A stretch of DNA of 64,000 nucleotides from assembly GCA_963827655.1 (NCBI GenBank), contig CAWHCF010000014.1, forward strand, positions 64,001 to 128,000. The letters run 5' to 3'. Source of the DNA: an uncultured Acidobacteriota bacterium. Its GTDB lineage: Bacteria > Acidobacteriota > UBA6911. A program made the position numbers and the translations under genes. The notes below the pieces were generated by a model. The model saw only the letters and a list, made by a program, of their open reading frames with translations. It ran no database searches and was not told the origin of the DNA. Positions 1 through 10,023 of the stretch are shown piece by piece (position 1 is the stretch's first letter; every line of letters begins with the position of its first letter).

Positions 1-1403
1 CCTGTAGCAAGATGGGATCAGGCCGTCGCGGCAGGTAGGTCAACAGCAGTTCCGTGCCCCAGACAGCAGAAGAGCGTTCCCAGAGTGCCGCCCAGTCCGG
101 CCAGCAGCAAGCTTTCGGTGACCAGTTGGCGGAGAAGCCGCCCGCGTCCTGCGCCGATGGCCAGGCGCAATGCCAATTCCTTTTGCCGAGCGGCTGCGTG
201 CGCCAGGAAAAGGTTGGCGACGTTGGCGCAGGCGATGAGCAAGACCAAACCGACCGCCCACATAAGCAGAAATAGCGGCTGACCGAAATCCTTGCGCAGC
301 TCGGTCCAGCCAGTGGCACCAGATTGCAGGACGACTTTGCGCGCAAAATGCTTTCGCCGCTCCTCCTCGCTCCACTTCGAGCCGTGCGCGGCGGCGCTCT
401 CGGCGAGCCTTCGCTGATAGACGAGGTCCATTTCCGCGCGCGCCTGCTCGCGACTCACTCCCGGCTGCAACCGGCCCATGAGTTGCAACCACCCGAAGCC
501 AGGTTCCTTCAAAGCTGTTTTGAACGGTCCCGTGGACACCTGCGGATGCATCTGCAACGGCAGCCACACGTCGGGACTGCTGCCCACTTCAAACCCAAAG
601 AACCCCGGCGGCGCTACTCCGACGATGGCGAACGGGACATCGTTGAGCACGATGTTCTTTCCAACCGCCGCCGCATCGCGGCCAAACCGGCGTTGCCAGA
701 AGCGGTGGCTGATGACAACGACCGGTTGCGGATCGCCCGGCCGGTCATCGGCGGGGGTCAACATGCGGCCCAGCACCGCGTTCACTCCCAGCACGGAGAA
801 AAAATTGCCACTGACTTTCTCGGCCCGCACCGGCTCGGTCGCCGAGCCTGCGCCCGGGGCGCTAACCGTCATCCGCATCCTCTCCTCGCTGCTGGTGGCG
901 CAGATGCCGGTGAACGAACCTTGATGATCGAGGAACCGTTCGTAAAGCGGGTACGAAAAACTCTCCCATGTGCCGCTCGTGTCCACTTCAGCGAAAAGTG
1001 CGAGCCGCTCCGGCTCCCTGACCGGCAGCATCCGCAACATGACGACATCGATCAGGCTGAAGATCGCGGTGTTCGCGCCGATGCCGAGCGCAAGCGTCAG
1101 CACGGCCACGGCGGTGAAACCGCGGTTCTTGAGCAACATCCGCAGGCCGTATCGCAAATCTTGAATCAGTGTCTCGATCACGGGTAGCCCTCGCTGCTCT
1201 CGGTAGACCTCCTTCATCTGCTCGACCCCGCCAAGGCTCCGTCGCGCCGCGTAGCGGGCTTCTTCCGAAGACATCCCTTTGCCGAGGTTCTCTTCGATCA
1301 GCATCTCCAAATGGGAACGCAGCTCTTCGTCCAGCTCCTGTTCCAGTCTCCGCTTCCGGAACAAAGACTGCCACCGTAGAGCCAAAATTCGCAGCCAGGT
1401 CAT
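1..1403 (-). CDS. ADOP-family (MacB/FtsX duplicated) ABC permease; runs off the window, apparent frameshift near nt 68
   Basis: Motifs [33 protein letters not shown] and [11 protein letters not shown]. Removing one base near 68 restores [15 protein letters not shown] through the window edge. Confidence 0.9.
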
Positions 1404-1404
1404 C

Positions 1405-1749
1405 TCAGCTCTCCTCAACGCCTCGCAACAAGCGCGACACGATACCTACCATGCGCTCCCAGCTCTCCGTCTGCTCGGCTAGCTGCTTACGCCCGGCTTT
1501 GGTCAAGGAATAGAAGCAGGCGCGCCGGTTGTTGTCGGAAACTCCCCACTTGGACTTGATCCAACCTCTTTGCTGCAGGCGCAGCAGCGCCGGGTACAGG
1601 GTGCCCTGATTGAGATACAGCAGATCCCCGGAGACTTGTTCGATGCGGCGGGCGATGCCAAACCCGTGCAGCGGTCCCAGCGTGTCCAGCGTTTTCAGAA
1701 CCAGCAGGTCTAACGTGCCGCGCAGGATATCTTCCTTTGGTTTTGTCAT
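1405..1749 (-). CDS. PadR-family transcriptional regulator (Acidobacteria ADOP-associated type)
   Basis: [21 protein letters not shown]...[11 protein letters not shown]...[11 protein letters not shown]...[11 protein letters not shown]; lies directly upstream of the ADOP gene. Confidence 0.93.
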   Translation of the reverse strand: MTKPKEDILRGTLDLLVLKTLDTLGPLHGFGIARRIEQVSGDLLYLNQGTLYPALLRLQQRGWIKSKWGVSDNNRRACFYSLTKAGRKQLAEQTESWERMVGIVSRLLRGVEES

Positions 1750-1761
1750 CGCAGGATCTCC

Positions 1762-1807
1762 TGTTGAACTCCAACATGAGTATACGGTCTTATGTTGAAA
1801 GTCAACA
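1762..1807 (-). promoter_or_regulatory. Two palindromic operator boxes over the padR promoter
   Basis: TGTTGAactCCAACA (1762-1776) and TGTTGAaagTCAACA (1793-1807). The minus strand has TTGACT (1805-1800) and TATACT (1784-1779), with a short 15-bp spacer. Confidence 0.6.
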
Positions 1808-1960
1808 GGAAAAAAGTCCGACGCATACCGCGCGGTCAGGATTTTTACGAGGACAAACAACCTGGCGACTGTGGCCGGTATTGCGACAGCCCTCCCGATG
1901 ACCGCGCGGCACATTTGAAAACAGGGAGGATCGTGGAAGGCCGATTGCGCCCGCCACACT

Positions 1961-2935
1961 TCATGGGCGAGGGACAGCCGGATCAGAGGAAGCTAGTGGC
2001 TGATTCTGTTCTGCGGCGTAGATTGCGGTGCGGTAATGATCGTGCGGTGAGTGTCCGCGCACCATCTCGTGAAACGCCCGCTCGATCCGGGCGGTAACCG
2101 GTCCGATGCCGCCTGAGCCAAGCTTGTAACCGTCTACTTCGGAGATCGCCTGTATCTCCGCGCCCGTGCCGCAGAAGAATGCCTCGTCGGCCACGTAGAG
2201 TTCCGACCGATCCACTTCACGCTCCTCCGCAGGTATCGCGAGCTCCTCGCGGCACATCTTCAAGATAGTCCGCCGCGTGACGCTTTCCAGGATCCCGCTG
2301 GTGATCGCCGGCGTGATCGCGACGCCGTCGCGCACGATAAACAGACAGGAAGCGGGCCCTTCGGTTACCTTGCCCCGGTCGCTTAGCAGGATCGGATAGT
2401 CATAACCGTGGCGCGTCGCCTCCATCAGCGCCATGCGGCTGTTCTGGTAATTCGAAACGCACTTGATGCGTGGCGGCATCATATTGTCGCCGAGCCGCGT
2501 CCAGGTCGATACGCACGCCCGTATCGTAGCGCCTGAACCGAGCACCGACCGGAACGGCGTCGTCCAGATGAAACAGTGCGTGCTGCTTTCGGCGCCGGTC
2601 GAGAACCAGGTCGTGTCGCCGAAATAGGCCATGGGCCGGACGTAGGAGTCCTCGCGCACCTGATTGGCTCGGAGCAGTTCCGCCGAAGCGGCGGCGAGGT
2701 CCTCGACCGACCAGCGGGACTCCAGGCGCTGGAAGCGCATCGAATAGAGAAACCTGCGGTAGTGCGCAGCGAACTGGAGTCCGTAAAGCTCCTCGCGTTC
2801 GTGATTCCAGTAAGCCTTGATCCCCTCGAAGATCGCCCCCAGAGTCGACCAGCCGAGAACCGTAATGTGCACCTTCGCCTCTGTCCAGGGCACCAGCTCG
2901 CCGTTGCGCCAGATATATTGCGGAGTCTGCTGCAT
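1961..2935 (-). CDS. ilvE: Branched-chain amino acid aminotransferase (PLP fold type IV)
   Basis: IFEGIKAY, RIKCVSNY (catalytic Lys), ILESVTRRT and EAFFCGTGAEI motifs. Confidence 0.85.
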   Translation of the reverse strand: MQQTPQYIWRNGELVPWTEAKVHITVLGWSTLGAIFEGIKAYWNHEREELYGLQFAAHYRRFLYSMRFQRLESRWSVEDLAAASAELLRANQVREDSYVRPMAYFGDTTWFSTGAESSTHCFIWTTPFRSVLGSGATIRACVSTWTRLGDNMMPPRIKCVSNYQNSRMALMEATRHGYDYPILLSDRGKVTEGPASCLFIVRDGVAITPAITSGILESVTRRTILKMCREELAIPAEEREVDRSELYVADEAFFCGTGAEIQAISEVDGYKLGSGGIGPVTARIERAFHEMVRGHSPHDHYRTAIYAAEQNQPLASSDPAVPRP

Positions 2936-2986
2936 CCCTTCCTCCAGTGTAGAACGCATGAAGAAATTGGTCGAGGCTCGGCCGGT

Positions 2987-3931
2987 TCACCCAAAAAGAT
3001 CAGTCGAGAGATATTTCAGCCCGGTGTCACAGGCCACGGTCACGATGACAGATCCAGTATTAGCCCGGCGCGCCAGTTCGAGGGCGCACGCGACGTTGGC
3101 CCCGGTCGAGAAACCGCCGAAAATTCCCTCCTGCCGGGCGAGCCGGCGGGCAGTCTCGACTGCTTCGTCATCGGTCGCGGTCAGGAACCCATCGCAGAGA
3201 GACGTGTCCCAGAGCGGCGGGACGAGCGCATAGCCCGTCCCCTGGATCTTGTGGCTGGTGCTGGTAACGGGCGAGCCGGAGATAAACGGAGCGCTCGCAG
3301 GCTCGGCGGCATAGCACCGGATTGCGGGGTTGTGCGTCTTCAATGCCTTCGACGCGCCAATGAATGTGCCCCCGGTGCCGATCGATGCGACGAAGTGCGT
3401 TACCTGTCCACCAGTCTGGCGCCAGATTTCCTGCCCGGTTGTGGCTGCATGGGCGGCCACCGAACTCGGGTTGTTGAACTGATCCGGCCGGAAAGCGCCC
3501 AGTTCTTGCGCGAGCTCTCGAGTGCGAAGTTCCACCTGTTGGAGATCCTCGGCCGACACCTGGCCCGGGCGCGGCGCGCCCACCTGGGGAACGAGCTCAA
3601 CCTCTGCGCCAAGAGCCTCCAGGATTCGCCGCCGCTCGACTGAGTTCCCTTCCGACATCACGGCGATCATCCGGTATCCCCTGAGCGCGCATACAATCGC
3701 CAGTCCGATTCCCATGTTGCCGCTGGTGAGCTCAACCACCGTGCCTCCCGGCTGCAAGCTTCCGTCCCGCTCGGCATCCTGGATAATCTGCAGCGCCACC
3801 CGATCCTTCACGCTTCCTCCGGGGCTGTAATACTCGAGCTTGATGGCAATGCGAGCCGGCAAGCCTGCGGCGAGCCGATCCAGGCTTACCAGAGGAGTCT
3901 CCCCGATCGTGGCCAGCACTGAGTCGAACAC
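2987..3931 (-). CDS. cysK: Cysteine synthase family PLP enzyme
   Basis: SPGGSVKDRVA, TSGNMGIGLA, GTGGT, HKIQGTG and DTGLKYLST motifs. Confidence 0.85.
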   Translation of the reverse strand: MFDSVLATIGETPLVSLDRLAAGLPARIAIKLEYYSPGGSVKDRVALQIIQDAERDGSLQPGGTVVELTSGNMGIGLAIVCALRGYRMIAVMSEGNSVERRRILEALGAEVELVPQVGAPRPGQVSAEDLQQVELRTRELAQELGAFRPDQFNNPSSVAAHAATTGQEIWRQTGGQVTHFVASIGTGGTFIGASKALKTHNPAIRCYAAEPASAPFISGSPVTSTSHKIQGTGYALVPPLWDTSLCDGFLTATDDEAVETARRLARQEGIFGGFSTGANVACALELARRANTGSVIVTVACDTGLKYLSTDLFG

Positions 3932-3953
3932 GGCGCTTCTCCCTTCCGCCGTA

Positions 3954-4005
3954 AAGACACAAAGACTCTAAGGAACGCCTCGCGTCCTTAGAGTCTTCGT
4001 GTCTT
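3954..4005. repeat. Inverted repeat built from the octamer (GAAGACAC-type) repeat family
   Basis: AAGACACAAAGACTCTAAGGA (3954-3974) and TCCTTAGAGTCTTCGTGTCTT (3985-4005): 21-bp arms with one mismatch. Confidence 0.85.
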
Positions 4006-4036
4006 CGTAGTTAACGTTGGATGACGCCCCAGGACG

Positions 4037-5227
4037 TCATGCAGCAATGCTGGAGTGAGGATCGAGGACGAACTTCTTGGCCGCGCCTTTGTCGAAGTCC
4101 TTGTAACCTTGAGGCGCCTTGTCGAGCGAGATGACCTCGACGTTGACGGCCTTGGCGATTGCGATTTTCCCGTACAGTATAGCCTGCATCAGCTGCCGGT
4201 TGTATTTCATCACGGGACACTGGCCTGTCTGGAAGAAATGCGACTTCGCCCACCCCAGGCCGATCCGTATGCTCAACATGCCGATCTTGGCATTGTCGTC
4301 GATTCCGCCAGGATCGCCCGTCACGTAGAGTCCCGGAATGCCCAGCGCTCCTCCCGCGCGCGTGATCTCCATGAGGGAATTGAGCACGGTGGCGGGCGCT
4401 TCTTTCTTGGCTCCTTCGCCGTGACCGCGAGCCTCGAAGCCCACACAGTCGACCGCACAATCCACCTCGGGAACGCCGACGATGGCCTCGATCTGTTCCG
4501 CTACGGTCGCCTTCTTAGACACGTCGACGGTCTCGCACCCGAAGCTTTTCGCCTGCGCCAGCCGCTCGGGAATCAGGTCGCCCACGATGACACACGCGGC
4601 GCCAAGCAGGTGGCTGGCTGCCGCGGACGCGAGGCCAACCGGTCCCCCACCGGCAATGTAAACAATGGCTCCAGGCCCCACTCCGGCGGAAACGGCGCCA
4701 TGATACCCGGTGGGGAGAATGTCCGACAGGCAGGTCAGGTCGCGGATCTTCTCCATGGCCTGTGCCTTGTCAGGGAACTTCAGCAGATTGAAATCGGCGT
4801 AAGGCACCATGACATATTCGGCCTGGCCTCCAACCCATCCCCCCATGTCGACATAGCCATACGCGGCGCCTGGCCGTGCGGGATTCACACTCAAACATAC
4901 TCCGGTCTGACGCTCCTTGCAGTTCCGGCAGCGCCCGCAGGCGATGTTAAAAGGGACGGAAACGAGATCTCCTACCTTGATGAACTCAACGTCGCGTCCG
5001 GCCTCGAGAACCTCGCCGGTGATTTCGTGCCCGAGAATCAGTCCTTGCGGCGCCGTGGTGCGGCCGCGGACCATATGCTGGTCGCTGCCGCAAATATTGG
5101 TGGAAACGATCTTCAGAATCACTCCGTGCTCGCACTTTCTTTTTCCCAGAGACAACTTGGGAAAGTCGATGGTTTGGATCTCGACCTTGCCCGTTCCCAT
5201 GTACGCTACTCCACGATTGCTAGGCAT
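4037..5227 (-). CDS. fdhA: Glutathione-independent formaldehyde dehydrogenase
   Basis: NICGSDQHMVRGRT, LGHEITGEV, CGRCRNC, GAAYGYVDMGGWVGGQAEY and the C-terminal KKFVLDPH. Confidence 0.95.
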   Translation of the reverse strand: MPSNRGVAYMGTGKVEIQTIDFPKLSLGKRKCEHGVILKIVSTNICGSDQHMVRGRTTAPQGLILGHEITGEVLEAGRDVEFIKVGDLVSVPFNIACGRCRNCKERQTGVCLSVNPARPGAAYGYVDMGGWVGGQAEYVMVPYADFNLLKFPDKAQAMEKIRDLTCLSDILPTGYHGAVSAGVGPGAIVYIAGGGPVGLASAAASHLLGAACVIVGDLIPERLAQAKSFGCETVDVSKKATVAEQIEAIVGVPEVDCAVDCVGFEARGHGEGAKKEAPATVLNSLMEITRAGGALGIPGLYVTGDPGGIDDNAKIGMLSIRIGLGWAKSHFFQTGQCPVMKYNRQLMQAILYGKIAIAKAVNVEVISLDKAPQGYKDFDKGAAKKFVLDPHSSIAA

Positions 5228-5288
5228 CGCTTCTCCTCCTTGAATGATGTTTATCCTTGGTGTCTTCGCTCTTGTGGTTAATGCGTTC

Positions 5289-6776
5289 CTACGGCGCCAC
5301 CCAACCATACCAACGATGGCTGGGTTCCGCCCCCTCTTCGAGGTAGGCCATCTTCATCTGGCTGAGATAGTCTTTAGGAATCTCGTTTCGCTTCGCCTTC
5401 ACATCAACACCGAAAACCTTCGCGGCATTGAGGCCGAAAATCTGCGCTTTCACTTCCCGATTGAGCGCTGAATACTTGTGCTTCGCGGCAATCTCATCGG
5501 GAATCTCAAAGCGCCTGAACGCCTCGATCTGCCATTGAGGCGTGCCGTACCAGATCGAGTCGGTGCCCCAGAGCACATGATCGGATCCGAAGGCATCGAT
5601 GATCTGACCGAGCAGGTGCGCGCAGATGGCTGGCTGGGTCGTCACCAGTTGACCGAAAGTCGACCCGAGTTCCATGTAGATGTTGCTGATGCCCGGCTCT
5701 TTCTTTTTCATCTTGCAGAACTCGCTCGTCCATGGAATCTCACCCGTCTTCTCGAAGATCTTATCGACCGAGCCGGCGCTGCGCAAACCTGAGTGGTAGA
5801 CCAGGAATTGGATTGTGGGAAAATCCTTGGCCGCCTTGATCAGGTCGCGCGGGTGATTGTAGTCCTCGACCGGACCCAGAGGGAGTCCTTTGTGCACGCA
5901 GATGCGCGGCACTTTGAGCGCGCGCGCCCTCTCCAGCATCGGGTAGGTCACCTTTTCGTCGTCCATCCACCAGCCTCGATCGAACCCTTTTGGAGCTGCG
6001 CCCGTATACGCCTTCCAGGCATCGATCTTCAGGCTGTTGGCCTGCAGGTCCATGAAATCGAGGTCAGCTTTGCCGAGTTGCGGCGTAACCAGGCCGTGAG
6101 CCAACATTCGCTGCGACCGAGTAACCCGATTAATCTCATCCCGGATGTGCGTCATTTCCTTGGGAGTGACGACCGCCTCCTGCGGGTAAGGCCCGGGGGG
6201 AGTGCTGATCAGGCCGAGGGAGGTCTCGCTATCAAGGAATACCTCCTTGATAAAGTTCTCCCACGAGAGGTCTGCCATTGTTCCCCGATCTCCAGCCAGT
6301 TTGGGATTCAGGCCGGCCGCGCGCGTCTGCTTGCGCAGCGCCAGGAGCCCTTGCTTGGTAACGGCTCCCTTCCGGCTTCCCTCGGCATCCGCCGGATCGT
6401 AACGAGTGCTCACGTAGTGCGTCTGAACGTCGAAAATGAAGAAAGGTTCGCCTTGACGCTGGGCGAACGCGGCGGCTTCCACTTTTTCAATTTCGAGCAC
6501 GTCAAAGAACTTACCGAAAACCGTGTTCATCGCCAGGAGGGCCGTGGCCATGCCTCCGCCGGTCCGCAGGAAAGCGCGGCGGCTCATTCCCAGTCTGCGG
6601 GAAGCAACCTCGGCGGCGCGCTCAATCAGGCACTCCACACGAGCCTGCTCGGGAGTCTGCGGCAGAGGGTTGAACTCTTCGTTCGAAACGATCCGAGTCG
6701 GAATCGGTGAGCCGGAGGTAAACCCTTGGGTCATTCCGGGCCGGACTGTGAACAGATTTCGATTCACTCGAGTCAT
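5289..6776 (-). CDS. Amidohydrolase_2-family metallohydrolase with an internal twin-arginine-like segment
   Basis: DVQTH, CVHKG, LVYHSG and WGTDSIW motifs; MSRRAFLRTGGGMATALLAM preceded by SPIPTRIVSNEEF. Confidence 0.85.
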   Translation of the reverse strand: MTRVNRNLFTVRPGMTQGFTSGSPIPTRIVSNEEFNPLPQTPEQARVECLIERAAEVASRRLGMSRRAFLRTGGGMATALLAMNTVFGKFFDVLEIEKVEAAAFAQRQGEPFFIFDVQTHYVSTRYDPADAEGSRKGAVTKQGLLALRKQTRAAGLNPKLAGDRGTMADLSWENFIKEVFLDSETSLGLISTPPGPYPQEAVVTPKEMTHIRDEINRVTRSQRMLAHGLVTPQLGKADLDFMDLQANSLKIDAWKAYTGAAPKGFDRGWWMDDEKVTYPMLERARALKVPRICVHKGLPLGPVEDYNHPRDLIKAAKDFPTIQFLVYHSGLRSAGSVDKIFEKTGEIPWTSEFCKMKKKEPGISNIYMELGSTFGQLVTTQPAICAHLLGQIIDAFGSDHVLWGTDSIWYGTPQWQIEAFRRFEIPDEIAAKHKYSALNREVKAQIFGLNAAKVFGVDVKAKRNEIPKDYLSQMKMAYLEEGAEPSHRWYGWVAP

Positions 6777-6931
6777 GGGAGTTCCTCCTGCAAACAAATC
6801 CACCACCAGGACGCCAAGACACTGAGAGCGCCATCATACACCCAAAAAAATCGACAGGGCAAAAGTACGATGCTTCGCGTTTCGTGGCGTCTTCGAGTCT
6901 TGGCGGTTATGAAAACGAAAAACAACCGAGG

Positions 6932-8833
6932 TCAGTCGCGCGTGCCCAGGGTGTAGGCGTTGAGGCGGTTGTCCTTCGACGAGTAGAGGAGGGCCGAGGC
7001 CTCGTCGCTGATGAAGCGCTGATCCGGGTCGCTCAGACCGATTGCGCGCTCGGGTACGCCCGTGTTGATGTTGACGCCGATCAGGCCGTTCCCGTCCCCC
7101 TTCAGGTCGGTGTAGAAGTACATCCATCGGCCGCGCAGCGCGGACAGTCGCTGCCGGCGCCCCGCGAAGCGCGACAACGCCTCGAGCCGAGAGGCGGGGT
7201 CGAGACGGTCAAGCAAACGCTCCTCGACGTCGACCGAGGGCGCCGGCACGTCGATCGATGGGCGCGTCGCCAGCCGTTCACGCGCAGAGACGGTCGCGCC
7301 GCCCGCGCGGGAGAGGATGCCGAAGGGCGAGAAGCGCTCGCGCAAATAGTGCCGCGAGTAATCCGTCGCGAGGCTCGTCAGATTGGGCGCCGTCGCATGC
7401 GCCGCGAGGCCCGACCAGCGCAGGCCGTCGACGGCGCTCAATAGCCTGACGCCGCCGAATACGGTCGTCGCCGCGGCGCCGTAGCGAAAGTAGAGCGAGG
7501 CGGCGCGGGCCGTGACCGCCGTCACTGTGCCGAAAATACTGCGACCCGGTGGATCGTGGCGCGCGCGCCACACCGCGCGGTTTGCCGCCAGGTCGAAGGC
7601 GGCAATCTCATTGCGGCCTCCGACAACTGCATGGCCGCGCTCGTTCAGCAGGGCGAAGGCGGCGCGCTCGACGCCGTGCGGGATTTTAGCGCGGGGCTGG
7701 CCCGTGGATGCGTCGATGGCGATGAGATCGTCGCCATCGGCGACGACGACGGTCGAGGCGTCGGGCAACAGCATGTTGGTAATGCCCTTGTCAGCCCCCT
7801 TGAAACGCCAGAGCGTCTTGCCCGTGGACGCGTCAATGGCGCTGACTCCGTATGGACCGCGCTCCACCGACTGGCCGTCTTCGAGGCGCGTGAACCGCCC
7901 GCCTGTCCGCGCATAGAGCGCTCCTCCAGCCAGCGCGATCTCCGGCGTCAAACCCAGGTCTTTGGCCTCCCACACCTCGCGGCCGTCGGCCCGCGAGATG
8001 GCGCGCACGCGGCCCCGCCCGGAGAAGTAGACGAAGCGCTCGTCGGCAACGGGGTCGGCCTCGGTGAGCGCCAGCCCTTCCTCGTTGACGCGGAACTTCT
8101 CGCGCCGGCGCTCCTCGCCCGTCCGCGCGTCGAGCGAGGTGACGCCCTCATAAAAAAGGTAGAGGCGGCCGTCGAAAAAGGCCGGCGGGCGGTAGTTGTC
8201 GAGCGTGTAGGGGAGATCCTCGTCCTCCGAGACGCCAAGGAGGGCGGGCATCATCTCGACCTCGCTATCAAGCTCGCGCTTCCAGAGCTCGCGCCCCCGC
8301 CTCAGGTCGAAAGCCTGCACTACGGCCTTTCGCTTGAATTCACCCCGCGCGCGTCCACGCGCGTCGCGCACGACGACGACGGCGAGCAGCCCGGAGCCAG
8401 GGTCGAACGCCATCTGCATAACCGAGCCGTGCGCTTTGTCGCCGCGCCAGAGCGCCCCGCCCGTGAGCAGATCGACAGCCTCGAGCCGCGTTCTGTCGCC
8501 GCGTTCGAAACTCAGCAGCAGAACATCCGTGCCCGGAACCGCCGCCACGTCCGTCTCGTATAGCCGCGCGTCCTTCCGCCGCCACAGTACCTCGCCGGTC
8601 TCGGACGTCACCGCATACAGCGACTTCTCGGTGCCGATCACCAGCACGCCCAGCTCCGTCGCCTGGTAGAACACGACGCGTCCGTCGAACCTTGCCGACC
8701 AACGCGGCCCTGCCGCCTCGATCGAGCACACGCCCCAAATCAGAAGGCCCAGCGCAAGCCGCAGGCTGATGCGCCCGGGAGCTCGCGGCCGGCCGCGTCT
8801 TTTGACAGCACCGGTATCAAGCACGAAGAACAT
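6932..8833 (-). CDS. Secreted PQQ-like/BamB beta-propeller repeat protein
   Basis: N-terminal hydrophobic signal and repeated A-D-x-x-T-G-x-x-x-W units. Confidence 0.75.
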   Translation of the reverse strand: MFFVLDTGAVKRRGRPRAPGRISLRLALGLLIWGVCSIEAAGPRWSARFDGRVVFYQATELGVLVIGTEKSLYAVTSETGEVLWRRKDARLYETDVAAVPGTDVLLLSFERGDRTRLEAVDLLTGGALWRGDKAHGSVMQMAFDPGSGLLAVVVVRDARGRARGEFKRKAVVQAFDLRRGRELWKRELDSEVEMMPALLGVSEDEDLPYTLDNYRPPAFFDGRLYLFYEGVTSLDARTGEERRREKFRVNEEGLALTEADPVADERFVYFSGRGRVRAISRADGREVWEAKDLGLTPEIALAGGALYARTGGRFTRLEDGQSVERGPYGVSAIDASTGKTLWRFKGADKGITNMLLPDASTVVVADGDDLIAIDASTGQPRAKIPHGVERAAFALLNERGHAVVGGRNEIAAFDLAANRAVWRARHDPPGRSIFGTVTAVTARAASLYFRYGAAATTVFGGVRLLSAVDGLRWSGLAAHATAPNLTSLATDYSRHYLRERFSPFGILSRAGGATVSARERLATRPSIDVPAPSVDVEERLLDRLDPASRLEALSRFAGRRQRLSALRGRWMYFYTDLKGDGNGLIGVNINTGVPERAIGLSDPDQRFISDEASALLYSSKDNRLNAYTLGTRD

Positions 8834-8972
8834 TCTTAAAGTTTACTCCCGAACCTCAGGAGTTAACACAGCCTTGCGGGCGTTTCGGTCTCTGACCAGG
8901 TAGAGCAGGATACAAGTTGGCTTGGTGCGGCAAGTCCGATCCCGGCCTCACAAGGTGTGAAAGAATTGGGTC

Positions 8973-9207
8973 TGTGACGCGGGTCATCAGAGGCTCTTGC
9001 AAAACGCAGCTCTACCCTGGAATGTGGCTCAGACATTTCCGAAGCCTTATGTGGCGACGGGTCATCAGACCCAGTCGCAAGTAACCGTGATCGGAATGAA
9101 TTTGACCGTAACAAGTTCATTTGTGCCACAGGGGGCCGGACGGGCTTGATAGCCCGTCCGCACATGTATCGGGTGTTCTTGCGACAGTCTCATCGGACCC
9201 GCGCCAC
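8973..9207. repeat. Cluster of REP-like palindromes
   Basis: TGTGGCGACGGGTCATCAGACCCAGTCGCAA (9050-9080), degenerate copies at 8973-9002 and (inverted) 9179-9207, and hairpin CGGACGGGCT-tgat-AGCCCGTCCG (9137-9160). Confidence 0.65.
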
Positions 9208-9255
9208 ACAAGCCAAAGGGCTCTCGGTCAATCGAGAACCGTTCGTTGAATTCTT

Positions 9256-9994
9256 TTACAGCTTCTCACGACCGCGCCTGTTCTGTCCTAGGACCTCCTG
9301 CAGGATGGGGATCGCCGCGAGCATCTCCACGCTGACCCGGCGGCGATCGATGCCGCGCGGTTTGGGCGGCCTCGGTTTTACCGAAATCACCCCTTCCGCC
9401 GTGACGATGAGATTCACCGTAACGTCGTGGGCGAGAACGGGAAGTTTTGATCCCAGACTTGGACGGGATGGACCGTGGTAGCACCGGCGTGGCAGCCTTC
9501 AGAAAGCCGAACTCTCGTCCGAGAGCCCACTCGAGATCGGAATAGCCACCCCCTTTGCCGATGCGCTCGCCACGCGCATTCACGGCCACGGACCCCGCGA
9601 TGACGAGGTCGATCCCAGGCACGTCGCTGGGATGAACCGGTACGCCGTAGCGCAGCGATCCTGCAATCGAAGCCGCATCACGCCACTGCGCCCGTGGTAT
9701 CCGCGCCGGGTCGAGCTTCACAAAACATCGGAGTTCGCGGAGGCGCGGCACTGCCATGAAAACAGTCTTGCCCGCCTCGAGGGCGCGAAAGCGCACCGGG
9801 CGTTGCGGCGCATCGGGATTGCACTTCAAGACGCGTGCCAGGCGCCAGGCTTCGGTTCCGGCGAGTCGATCCGCCGCCGCGGCAGCCCCACCGAAGTTCG
9901 GGATGCGGCCGCGAGCGCCCGGAAAGGATTCGATCCCTTCCCGCTCCATCCGGTCCCACACGGCCTCGCGGATTTGATCTTTAGGGGACGTCAT
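9256..9994 (-). CDS. 5-formyltetrahydrofolate cyclo-ligase, MTHFSD/archaeal-like; two apparent frameshifts near 9480 and 9445
   Basis: GRIPNFGGA, KCNPDAPQRPVR and RIGKGGGYSDLE motifs. Shifted frames continue TTVHPVQV...AHDVTVNLIVT to a TAA at 9256. Confidence 0.85.
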
Positions 9995-10023
9995 AACGAA
10001 GAATACGGATGGGACGGTTCGCG

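Noticed and set aside
4055-5281. Long antisense ORFs (e.g. 4055-5281, 14946-16292, 16737-17960, 32456-33676, 33854-35200, 37027-38358)
   Set aside because: They shadow well-identified genes on the opposite strand, as expected in GC-rich DNA, and show no recognisable motifs.
8863-9165. 100-aa ORF in the intergenic region
   Set aside because: It runs through REP-like palindromes, has no RBS and does not look protein-like.
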